Source of the DNA: an uncultured Enterobacteriaceae bacterium
Lineage (GTDB): Bacteria > Myxococcota_A > UBA796 > GCA-2862545
Direction: 5' to 3'
Length of the DNA stretch: 49,766 nucleotides
Assembly: GCA_964393165.1 (NCBI GenBank)
Contig: CAYMSU010000002.1
Coordinates: 1-49,766, forward strand
The notes under the pieces are model-generated. The model was not told the DNA's origin. It did no database searches and saw nothing but the letters and a program-made list of their open reading frames with translations. The translations under genes and the position numbers were made by a program. This document shows positions 27,946 to 35,909 of the stretch, piece by piece. The stretch's first letter is position 1; each line of letters starts with the position of its first letter.

Positions 27946-29418
27946 ATGCAGCAAACCTCCCAGCGGTGGGTGGCACTCCTCGTCGTCATGCTCCTCGTCG
28001 TGGGGGCCTCCTCGATCGTCTGGAGCCTGTCGCGCACACGTGTGCTCTTCTCCATCTGGAGCACCGTCTCGGAGTGGCCACTCAACAAATCCGAGCGTCT
28101 CCGCGTGGCCGACTGCCGCCCGCTCGGCTGGTGGACGTGGCTCAAGATCGTGGCGCGCGACCAGACCCCCCGGTGTGGCGAGGTGTGGACCGTGGGCTCA
28201 CTCGCGGGGAAGGTCCACGGCGACGTGCGTGAGGCCTGGCTCAAGGACTGGGTCGAGGCCGAGGCGTCCACGCCCCTGCGGAGACTTCGCTCCTCGCTGG
28301 CGCTCACCGTGGCCGGCCGCGTATCGCCGAGGGAGCCCGCGTGGCTGTCGCTCGCGACAGACCTGCCGCCGCTCGCGGAGCCGGGGCTCGCCGCGGCTGT
28401 CGCGCAGGACGCGGAGTGGGGCGTTCACCTGGGCCCTCACTGGATGGCCCTCGGCGAGCTGTGGGCGGTGTCCGTGTCGGGGTACGCGCTCGAGCACGCG
28501 CTGGAGCCGCTCGAGGCCGTTCGGGTGCTCGACGAGCCTGCGGCGCGCCGGGAAGCTGCGGTGGCGGTCGCTCGGGCACTCGGCGTGTCCTCCGACCTGG
28601 CGGAGGACGCTCGACATCGCCGGAGGCGTGGACTGGGCGTGCGCGACTATCCCGCCGACTGGGCGTGGACCATCCAGCGCCATCCGACGTGTGAAGCGCC
28701 GTGCCTCGATCTCTGGGCGGATCTCCTGCGAGTCGAGATCGACCGCGAGTATGGAGAACCCCGGAACGAACCCGACGTCGATCCTGCGCTGGAGCCGCTT
28801 GGGCGGCTGATCGGCTACGACAAGGGCCGTGCGGCCGGCTTGGCGTGGTGGCTCGGCGCCGCCACCCGGTGGGTCGCGGCGGCCCCCGACCCGGCGGGAC
28901 GGCTGGCCTCTCTGGGGCTGGGCTCTCCAGATGGCGAACCCGACCCCGTGCGGGTGGTCTTCGACCGCGGGGGCACGCCCTGGGCCACGGTGGCAGTGCT
29001 CGACGAGCTGGGCCGCCGGGCAGGAGTCTCCGTGGAGATCCGGCTGGACCGCACCGGAGGGCTATGGGCGGCGATCGGAGAGCACCGTCGCTCCGGGACC
29101 GTCTGTGGCGGGTCCGCCCAGCCTGCGTCGCCGGCTGGGAACCCGCTCGGGCGTATCGAGCTCCACGCGGCGGCGCTTGCGGAAGCGGCCGCGCGGGCGG
29201 CCGCCGACGAGGAACCGATCGAGGCGCTACGGCTGGCCACGGCCGCCGAGGGCCTGGCCCCGGACTTCGCCGCAGGCGTGCTGAGCGAGGTTCGGGCCTT
29301 GATCGACGCCCCCGACGAGCTCGGGCAGGGCTTCGGTGTGGGGCGCGCGCTCGTCGAGGAGCGTCCTCCCGGGCCCCTGGCCGCGACGCTGACGGAGCTC
29401 TGTCAGCCTCGTAGCTGA
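27946..29418 (+). CDS. N-terminally membrane-anchored protein, unknown function
   Basis: 490 aa. MQQTSQRWVALLVVMLLVVGASSIVWSL anchor. W-rich body. High GC3 throughout. No family recognised. Confidence 0.7.
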   Translation: MQQTSQRWVALLVVMLLVVGASSIVWSLSRTRVLFSIWSTVSEWPLNKSERLRVADCRPLGWWTWLKIVARDQTPRCGEVWTVGSLAGKVHGDVREAWLKDWVEAEASTPLRRLRSSLALTVAGRVSPREPAWLSLATDLPPLAEPGLAAAVAQDAEWGVHLGPHWMALGELWAVSVSGYALEHALEPLEAVRVLDEPAARREAAVAVARALGVSSDLAEDARHRRRRGLGVRDYPADWAWTIQRHPTCEAPCLDLWADLLRVEIDREYGEPRNEPDVDPALEPLGRLIGYDKGRAAGLAWWLGAATRWVAAAPDPAGRLASLGLGSPDGEPDPVRVVFDRGGTPWATVAVLDELGRRAGVSVEIRLDRTGGLWAAIGEHRRSGTVCGGSAQPASPAGNPLGRIELHAAALAEAAARAAADEEPIEALRLATAAEGLAPDFAAGVLSEVRALIDAPDELGQGFGVGRALVEERPPGPLAATLTELCQPRS

Positions 29419-29436
29419 CCTAGCGCAGGGATGGGC

Positions 29437-29790
29437 TCAGTGCTCCGGCAGGAGCAACGGGGTGACGCACACCTGCGCGTAGGCCTGCGCATAGCCCGTG
29501 GGCTTCTGGGCCACCTCGAAGTCCACACCGGAGACTCTCCACCCGCGCGCCTCCATCTCCATGGACCACCGGCCGAGCTCGGACGCTCGATCTCGTGTGT
29601 CGAGCACTGCGTCGACGTCGACCGGGAACGCACGACACCGAAAGCGGCCCTGGGGGACCTGGCTGGCCCCCGAGTCACGTGGTGACGTCGGGGGTGCTTC
29701 CTCGCTTCCCTCGGCCTCCTCGGTGTTGGCCCACGCCATCGTGAGCGCGCCCGTGAGAACCACGGCAAGCAGTCGAACGTCGAGTCCCAT
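29437..29790 (-). CDS. small secreted protein, unknown function
   Basis: 117 aa from the ATG at 29790: MGLDVRLLAVVLTGALTMAWA is signal-peptide-like. The upstream 263 codons of the listed 380-aa ORF are Arg/Pro-rich and overlap the opposite-strand gene. Confidence 0.6.
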   Translation of the reverse strand: MGLDVRLLAVVLTGALTMAWANTEEAEGSEEAPPTSPRDSGASQVPQGRFRCRAFPVDVDAVLDTRDRASELGRWSMEMEARGWRVSGVDFEVAQKPTGYAQAYAQVCVTPLLLPEH

Positions 29791-29912
29791 CGGTGAGCGT
29801 CTCCCGGCGGTGCGCATGTGTCTTAGCGAGGAGTCGGCAGGGCTACACCTGATCTGTCCAATGCGACGCCTTGTCGTCGACGTCGAGGAGCGAAGAGGAC
29901 ATATTATGGCTC

Positions 29913-29939
29913 TTGAACGATGTGTATGTTCAGTATACC
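29913..29939 (+). promoter_or_regulatory. AT-rich promoter/operator candidate: TTGAAC-N9-GTTCAG inverted half-sites overlapping TTGAAC-N15-TATACC
   Basis: Read directly. The core GATGTGTATGTTCAGT (29919-29934) resembles the dnaE2 LexA box core GACGTGTGTTCAGT. The half-sites equal LexA-type GAAC/GTTC halves, but the spacing is 9 instead of 4. Confidence 0.3.
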
Positions 29940-29961
29940 TGGAAGGTGTCTGGAGGCCGTC

Positions 29962-30456
29962 ATGCGTGCACCGCTGCTCGAGGCGCTTCGTCCGGTACCT
30001 GGCTCGGCGATGTCCTCGTCCACGGAGGGGGAGTCGCGATTCCTGGTGGTTCGGTCCGGGTGGTTCGGTGGGCATCGGTGGGTCGCAGGTCAGGTGCTGG
30101 TCTGCCGCGGCGAGCCACGCATGGGCGACTCGGTCGTACTCGTCTCCCGGCGAGGGCGGGAGGTTCGGCCGCGGCTCGGCAGAGTGGAAGGAACCAGGTT
30201 CCTCGGCGAGGCAGGGGAGCGTTGCCACCCAGGGCGTTGGCGGGCGGCCGGCGCGGTGGTGGCGACCTATCGGTTCGAGGGCTCGGTCCCGAGTGGCGTC
30301 GACTCCGGGGGGAGGGGAGCGTCGCCTGTGATCGAGCTGCGGGCCGTGGCGACAGGTCAGAGCGCTGGGGAGGGCTCTTCTGTCGCCACGGCCCCATCTC
30401 GTCGGTCTCGCCAGGCCGCCGACTGCGGCGCACAGCTGTCGCTCTTCGCGGCATGA
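29962..30456 (+). CDS. small LexA/UmuD (S24)-fold-like protein lacking the Ser-Lys dyad, with C-terminal beta-clamp-binding-type motif QLSLF
   Basis: 164 aa. ATG at 29962 is preceded by GGAGG. RFLVVRSGWFGGHRWVAGQVLVCRGEPRMGDSVVLVSRRGREVRPRLGRV...AAGAVVATYR aligns by eye with LexA/UmuD (FLLRVSGMSM..GI.DGDLL.V......NGQVVVARIDDEVTVKRL...GVVI.R), with Ser to Phe and Lys to Pro/Arg at the dyad positions. The last residues are AQLSLFAA (QLSLF at 30433-30447). GC3 is high. Confidence 0.55.
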   Translation: MRAPLLEALRPVPGSAMSSSTEGESRFLVVRSGWFGGHRWVAGQVLVCRGEPRMGDSVVLVSRRGREVRPRLGRVEGTRFLGEAGERCHPGRWRAAGAVVATYRFEGSVPSGVDSGGRGASPVIELRAVATGQSAGEGSSVATAPSRRSRQAADCGAQLSLFAA

Positions 30457-30475
30457 GCGGTGGGGGACAGGCAGC

Positions 30476-31267
30476 TCACCGCCCCAGAGCCACCCGCATG
30501 CGTCGAACCCGACCCGCGTCGATCGGTCTGGACAGCGCCCCCTCTTCATGAAGCCAGGTGCCCACGATTGCGCCGTCAAGCGGGAGCAGGGGTTCCACCG
30601 TGGAGGGGCTCAGCCCGCTTCCCACCCACACCGGCGTGTCCGGGACCGCGGCCTTCACCCGTGCATGCTCGGCCGGGTCTGTTGGCTGGCCGGTGCCCGA
30701 GCCGGTCACCACCACTACGTCGGCGAGTCCCCGCGCTACCGTGTCGCGCGCGGCCGACTCCAGGCTCCAGGCGCCCAGGGGCACTGCGTGCTTCACGAGT
30801 ACATCCGCCACCACCCGTACATCCGCACCCAGTCGGCGCCGCAGGAGGAGGGTGTCCCGAGCTCGGCCCTGAATGAGCCCCTGGTCCGTCACCATGGCGC
30901 CGACGTGCACGTTCACTCGGATGAAGGCGGCACCGGCGGCCGCGGCGACCGACAGGGCGGCTACCGCGTCGTTGCGCAGCACGTTCACGCCTACGGGAAC
31001 CCGGGGCACGGCATGGCGCACGCGTAGGACCGCCCGCGTCATCATGGCCACGGTGTACGGATCGACGTGGTGGCTCTCGAAGGGGGCGTCGCCGAGGTTC
31101 TCCACCACGATGGCGTCGATGCCCCCGACTGCCAGGTGGGTGGCGTCTTGCTCGGCGCGCTCGAGCACCTCCGTGAGGCCGGGCGAGGGCTGTGGACTCC
31201 CAGGGAAGGGGAGGAGGTGCACCACGCCAACGAACGTCGGACTCCCGCCTTGCTCGAACAGCTTCAT
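30476..31267 (-). CDS. BtpA/SgcQ family protein
   Basis: 263 aa. FVGVVHLLPFPGSP ... GIDAIVVENLGDAPF ... PVGVNVLRND ... FIRVNVHVGA is the BtpA-family pattern. Confidence 0.85.
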   Translation of the reverse strand: MKLFEQGGSPTFVGVVHLLPFPGSPQPSPGLTEVLERAEQDATHLAVGGIDAIVVENLGDAPFESHHVDPYTVAMMTRAVLRVRHAVPRVPVGVNVLRNDAVAALSVAAAAGAAFIRVNVHVGAMVTDQGLIQGRARDTLLLRRRLGADVRVVADVLVKHAVPLGAWSLESAARDTVARGLADVVVVTGSGTGQPTDPAEHARVKAAVPDTPVWVGSGLSPSTVEPLLPLDGAIVGTWLHEEGALSRPIDAGRVRRMRVALGR

Positions 31268-31292
31268 CGATTCACGCGCCGGTCGCCCGGAA

Positions 31293-32759
31293 TCACAGAA
31301 GCGCGACCAGGGTGAGCACCACGAACACGGGGCCCAGGATCACGAGTGCATACCCGATGTAGCCGAAGAAGCTGGGCATCTTGTAGCCAGACTCCTCGGC
31401 GATGGCGCGCACCATGAAGTTGGGGCCGTTCCCGATGTACGAGCCCGCCCCCATGAACACCGAGCCGAGCGAGATCGCGACGAGGATCGGAATGGACTCG
31501 GCTTGCTCCGCCAGCGGGCGTAGGTTCTCGGCTGTCGTGCAGAAGTCGTAGGTGCCGCACGCGACTGCGGCAAACGTCACATACGTGGGTGCGTTGTCGA
31601 GGAAGGCCGACAGCGACCCGGTCGCCCAGAAGTACTGCCAGGGCTCGTGCAGGCCGAGGTCCGAGCCGTAGGTCTGGAGCAACGTGGTGGCGGGGATCAT
31701 CGCCACGAAGATGCCGATGAAGAGAGCCGCGACTTCGAAGATGGGGCCCCAGCTGAAGGCGTTGGCCTGCCGCAGTGCCATGGGCGTGAGCCACATCGAC
31801 AGCCCCGTGAGCACGAGCATGCCGATCTCTCGCGCGTAGTAGTGGCGGAAGTCCATGACCTCGGGGTCCGGGGACAGGAGCAGCACGCAGGCGATCACCC
31901 CTGCGAGCAGCGCGAAGTTGAGGTTGCCGTCGAGCCGCAGGGGGTCGAGCGCTTCCTGGTCGGCGCTGACCTCGACCGAGGCCTCCCGCGCGTACAGCTG
32001 CTGGTCGAGCACGTAGAATGCGCCGAGCAGCAACAGGACGACGGGCACCCAGAGCGTGAACAGGTGCTCGAGCGTCCACCAGAACGGCACGCCCCGGAGG
32101 TACCCGAGGAACAGGGGGGGATCTCCGATCGGCGTGAGCGCACCGCCGATGTTCGACACGAGGAAGATGAAGAACAGCGGGATGTGCCACACGTGCTTGC
32201 GCTGGCTGTTCGTGCGCAGCATGGGGCGGATCAGCAGCATCGACGCGCCGGTGGTGCCGATCACGTTCGCCAGCACGGCACCGATGGCGAGGAAGGTGGT
32301 GTTGACGTGGGGTTTACCTTCGAGATCCCCCCGCAGGACGATCCCTCCGCTGATCACGTAGAGCGAGCCCAACAAGGCGATGAACGAGACGTACTCCGCG
32401 ATCGCGTGCTCGAGCCCGTGCACCGCGTCGTGACCTAGCTGCCCCTCGTCGGTGAGGGCTGTGTAGGACAGGAAGAGGAACACGGGTGAGGCCCAGCCGA
32501 GCGCGACCAGGAGCTGGTTTCGATTGGAGTGCCACCAGTGCTCGGCCACCATCGGGAGGATGGCGATCGAGAGCAGGAGTCCGCCGAAAGGCAGCACCGA
32601 CCAGAACGGCAGGATGTCCCCGAGCCCGGGTCCGTGTGCCTCGTGGTGTCCTGCTTCACCGCCTCCTCCTGCCGCGAGCGCAAGAGCAGGCCAGAGCAGG
32701 ACGAGCAGGCAAGCCAGCACTGGCGTGGCCCATTGCGACCACTTCGTGAAAACTTGCAT
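31293..32759 (-). CDS. ArsB/NhaD/CitMHS-superfamily ion transporter (annotated in relatives as sodium:proton antiporter)
   Basis: About 12 TM segments. ATG at 32759 (MQVFTKWSQWATPVLACLLVLLWPALALA); the track start at 32792 is the alternative. Specific substrate is not determinable. Confidence 0.8.
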   Translation of the reverse strand: MQVFTKWSQWATPVLACLLVLLWPALALAAGGGGEAGHHEAHGPGLGDILPFWSVLPFGGLLLSIAILPMVAEHWWHSNRNQLLVALGWASPVFLFLSYTALTDEGQLGHDAVHGLEHAIAEYVSFIALLGSLYVISGGIVLRGDLEGKPHVNTTFLAIGAVLANVIGTTGASMLLIRPMLRTNSQRKHVWHIPLFFIFLVSNIGGALTPIGDPPLFLGYLRGVPFWWTLEHLFTLWVPVVLLLLGAFYVLDQQLYAREASVEVSADQEALDPLRLDGNLNFALLAGVIACVLLLSPDPEVMDFRHYYAREIGMLVLTGLSMWLTPMALRQANAFSWGPIFEVAALFIGIFVAMIPATTLLQTYGSDLGLHEPWQYFWATGSLSAFLDNAPTYVTFAAVACGTYDFCTTAENLRPLAEQAESIPILVAISLGSVFMGAGSYIGNGPNFMVRAIAEESGYKMPSFFGYIGYALVILGPVFVVLTLVALL

Positions 32760-32839
32760 CGTAGTTGAAGAGATCGTCAGCTTCAGGCCCACTGGCCCTC
32801 CGAGGGGAGCGTGACAACTCTATCACCGACCCGCGATCG

Positions 32840-33520
32840 TCACAGGTCGAGGAGGATGAGCCCCTCGAGACGATATTGTCCGGATGGCACCGGGGCCTCG
32901 GGCGCGGCGACCTCGGTGTTCTCGAACATTGCCTCCGTGCCGGCCACGCCCACCAGGAAGGGCTCGACCTGGGCCCCCACCCTCAGGTACAGACCGTACA
33001 CGCTGCTCTTCAGCTTCCCTTGTGCGTCGAGGGCAGGGTCCAGGCTGCCATCGTACTGCCCGAACCCGATCTCGAGCGGGCCCGTGGTCCATGCCGGGCA
33101 CTCGGGGCTGTCCTCTGCATCTTTTGGTGGCGGGCCGACCTCGTACCCGCTCCACGCGTAGAACTCGCTACCCGCGTCTTCGCTTGGTTCGTAGACGCTC
33201 ACCACCGGAATGTCGACGAGGCAGAGCTCTTCCAGCTTTGGCGCGCTCCCCCAGTACTGGGCTTGGAGGAACGTGAGGCTCACGTCGGGGCCGGTGTCGG
33301 TGAGGGTGACAGTGCCCGACAGCGACCAGTAGGCCGGCGTCGCGAGCGGCGTGGGGCTGCCACTGTCCGCCACGGCGGATGCGGTGTCGACGGTCGTGGC
33401 GCCGTCGTAGCCTGGGGGGGCCGACTCGGTGGGGCCCGCGTCGAACTCCTCGTCGCCGACGCGGGGCAAGGGCAAGCACCCGCTCAGGGCCAGCGTCCAC
33501 AAGATGGGTGCTTCGATCAC
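32840..33520 (-). CDS. lipoprotein, unknown function (paralog of next gene)
   Basis: GTG start preceded by AGGAGAG. ILWTLALSGC lipobox. Shares EPFLVG, GFG and C-terminal G.Y.+E.+.L motifs with the 33679..34518 product. Confidence 0.7.
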   Translation of the reverse strand: MIEAPILWTLALSGCLPLPRVGDEEFDAGPTESAPPGYDGATTVDTASAVADSGSPTPLATPAYWSLSGTVTLTDTGPDVSLTFLQAQYWGSAPKLEELCLVDIPVVSVYEPSEDAGSEFYAWSGYEVGPPPKDAEDSPECPAWTTGPLEIGFGQYDGSLDPALDAQGKLKSSVYGLYLRVGAQVEPFLVGVAGTEAMFENTEVAAPEAPVPSGQYRLEGLILLDL

Positions 33521-33678
33521 GACGCGACTCTCCTGGCTCTCCCCACCGTATCGTGCAGGTCACGTGCCAAGGCTAGGGACTGCTCGGGGTGCCGCCAAGC
33601 GGCGGGGTCGGGGCACAAACCGAGACACCCACGCCGCGCCGAGTCCCGCCCCGCACCGCGCGACGAAGCCAAGTGAGA

Positions 33679-34518
33679 TCACCGCACGGGATTGGTCAGC
33701 GCAACCGGGTTGGTGAGCACCAACTCCACCTCGTAGTACCCCGTGGCGATGCCGCCGGGCGCATTGACCAGGTCCTTGTCGATCGGCTTGGTATTGCCGG
33801 CCCCGTCGAGGTCGAGCTGGAAGTTGCCGTCGACCTCGTAGCCGATGGCGCGCGCGAAGTCGGTGTAGCCATCCTTGCTGAGCTCGGAGCCCTCGAACAG
33901 GTTCGTGAAGATGGCGCCCCCGACGAGGAAGGGCTCCAGTGCGCTCCACTCGGCCGGCGACATCGATGCCTGGGTCTGTTTCTGCACGGTCTCGTTGAGG
34001 GGGCCTACGCCGAAGCCCCAGTCCCACTTGGTGGTGTGGTAGACCACCCCAGTCTCGGGGGGCTCGCCATCGGTGAAGATCGGCGGAAAGTCGCAGCCCT
34101 CGCACCCATCGAAGACCACCGCGTCGTCCGGAAGGTCCATTCCCGCCCAGGCGGACTGCTCCTCGACCCACGCAGCATTGGGTTGGCGAGTGTCGACCTG
34201 CCAGATGATGTCGCAGGACCGTAGCTCCACGCTGTCGATGTAGGTGACAGCGTAGGTGATCGGGACGAGCCCGACCTCGGGCAGCGCATAGTTGGAGAAG
34301 CGCTCGTTCTTCTCGTCGTACCCAAAGAACGCCCGCAGGGCGAAGAAGTCCGGGGACATGTTTCCCTCGCACGGGGTCGGCTCTTCCGTGGTCTTCTCCG
34401 TCGGGTCGGTCAGGTCCGGAATCGTGCCCGGGGGAGGGGCATTGACCTCCGGCTCGGAGTCGCTGCCGCAGCCGATCATCGAGAGAATCAGGACTGCCGA
34501 CGTAAGAAGTCGTGTCAT
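33679..34518 (-). CDS. lipoprotein, unknown function
   Basis: ATG at 34518 is preceded by GGAGAAAG. MTRLLTSAVLILSMIGCGSD lipobox. The track start at 34581 adds 21 non-signal residues. Confidence 0.7.
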   Translation of the reverse strand: MTRLLTSAVLILSMIGCGSDSEPEVNAPPPGTIPDLTDPTEKTTEEPTPCEGNMSPDFFALRAFFGYDEKNERFSNYALPEVGLVPITYAVTYIDSVELRSCDIIWQVDTRQPNAAWVEEQSAWAGMDLPDDAVVFDGCEGCDFPPIFTDGEPPETGVVYHTTKWDWGFGVGPLNETVQKQTQASMSPAEWSALEPFLVGGAIFTNLFEGSELSKDGYTDFARAIGYEVDGNFQLDLDGAGNTKPIDKDLVNAPGGIATGYYEVELVLTNPVALTNPVR

Positions 34519-34585
34519 GGGGCTTTCTCCTGCGCACGCCCGGGAGACGACGGTGTAGCTGAAACGTCCCGAACGTCGCAACAGG

Positions 34586-35908
34586 CTAGCGCACGGCGGC
34601 GAGCAGGGACACCAGCGCCGCGACGATCAGCAGGCTGATTCCCAGCACCGCAGCCGCGGCGAGCCACCATGGCCAGACCGGCTCCATCTCCGGCTGCACG
34701 TGGACGGAGGACGAAGCGGGGCGCGAGGCTCGTGACGAGCTCTTCCGACGGGGCCGGGAGCGACGCACGGGCGCCTGCTCCTGACTCCGTCGCAGTCGAC
34801 GAAGCGCCTCGTTCTCCCACGCCTTGTCGGCGGCCACGGGCGGAGGAGACTCCCCCGACGGCTCGCTCTCGCGACCAGGAGGGCGCTCTTCCTTGGTGAG
34901 CACCACGAGACTGTCGTCTTCGTACTCACTGCCTGGTACGTAGTCGCCGGTGACCTCTGCGTCGGCGAGCGACGGCTCGCTGTCGCCCCCAGCCCCTTCG
35001 GAGCGGCGCCGGACGACCCTGAGGATCTCCGTTTGGTCCCCCGCGGGACGGAGCTGGAGCTCGGGCACCAGGTCCTCGGGCGGCAGCGGTCCTCGCAGAT
35101 CAGAGTCGCCAGCCATGACCGAGACTGACGTCCGCTCGCCGGGCACGGGTGGTTGCGAGGCTGGTCCGAGGTCCCGGAACAGCTTCTGGAACTCCTTGCG
35201 GTCCCGCCGCTCGGTCCCCTCCGGGGGCGCGAACTCCGTGTGCTCCCCGTCTCGACCGACCTCGTGCGCTGGGGACAGCGCGTCGCACAGCTCCTCCAGG
35301 GACTTGTCGGTGCTGTAGTCGCCGCGGATGGCCCAGATGAGGTCCGCGACACGACCCTGATCTTCCTCGGCCAGACCTCGCCGCCGCGCGCGCTCGAGCA
35401 GGCCCTGCCCGCGCAGGAAGGCCCCCCGCGCGATGTACTCTTCGGCGCGCTGCACCATCTCGGACGGCGTGGACGGCTCCTCGCGGTCCTCGGGCGCTCG
35501 CACATGCTGGGCCTCCTCGAGGACCCGGAGCATCCATGGGTCACCAGGCATCCTGGACAGGCCGACCTCGGCCAGATGGACGGCTTGCGTGACCCAGCCG
35601 CGAAGAAGGTAGAGCTCCGAAGCGAGGCGAACCGCCTCGATCGGCCCGCGGCCCTGATCCACGAGATCCTTCAGCCGGGTCCAGGCGCGGTCGAGGATCC
35701 GCAGCGACAGGTAGGCCTCGCTCACTGCGAGGCGAGCGGGTAGTGTCGGGGCACCGCGCTTGGTCCACGCCTCCACGAACACGATGAGGTCCCGATGCCG
35801 GCCCTGCTCAGCGAGGTGCACAGCGATCCGTTCGAGCCGGCCCCAGGGGGGGAGGCGCCGGTTCTGGCTGGCGATGTCGGCCTCCGAACGACCCAGCCAC
35901 TCTAGCAT
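34586..35908 (-). CDS. helical-repeat (TPR-like) protein with Pro/Glu-rich linker and C-terminal transmembrane anchor
   Basis: 440 aa. The N-terminal ~200 aa are helical-repeat-like. The C-terminus is WPWWLAAAAVLGISLLIVAALVSLLAAVR. The start lies 1 nt after the stop of the cyclase gene (35910). Confidence 0.7.
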   Translation of the reverse strand: MLEWLGRSEADIASQNRRLPPWGRLERIAVHLAEQGRHRDLIVFVEAWTKRGAPTLPARLAVSEAYLSLRILDRAWTRLKDLVDQGRGPIEAVRLASELYLLRGWVTQAVHLAEVGLSRMPGDPWMLRVLEEAQHVRAPEDREEPSTPSEMVQRAEEYIARGAFLRGQGLLERARRRGLAEEDQGRVADLIWAIRGDYSTDKSLEELCDALSPAHEVGRDGEHTEFAPPEGTERRDRKEFQKLFRDLGPASQPPVPGERTSVSVMAGDSDLRGPLPPEDLVPELQLRPAGDQTEILRVVRRRSEGAGGDSEPSLADAEVTGDYVPGSEYEDDSLVVLTKEERPPGRESEPSGESPPPVAADKAWENEALRRLRRSQEQAPVRRSRPRRKSSSRASRPASSSVHVQPEMEPVWPWWLAAAAVLGISLLIVAALVSLLAAVR

Positions 35909-35909
35909 C

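Noticed and set aside
29791-30579. Upstream extension of the 380-aa minus-strand ORF
   Set aside because: Arg/Pro-rich, and it overlaps the better-supported plus-strand S24-like ORF and the end of the btpA-family gene. A signal peptide begins at the internal ATG (29790).
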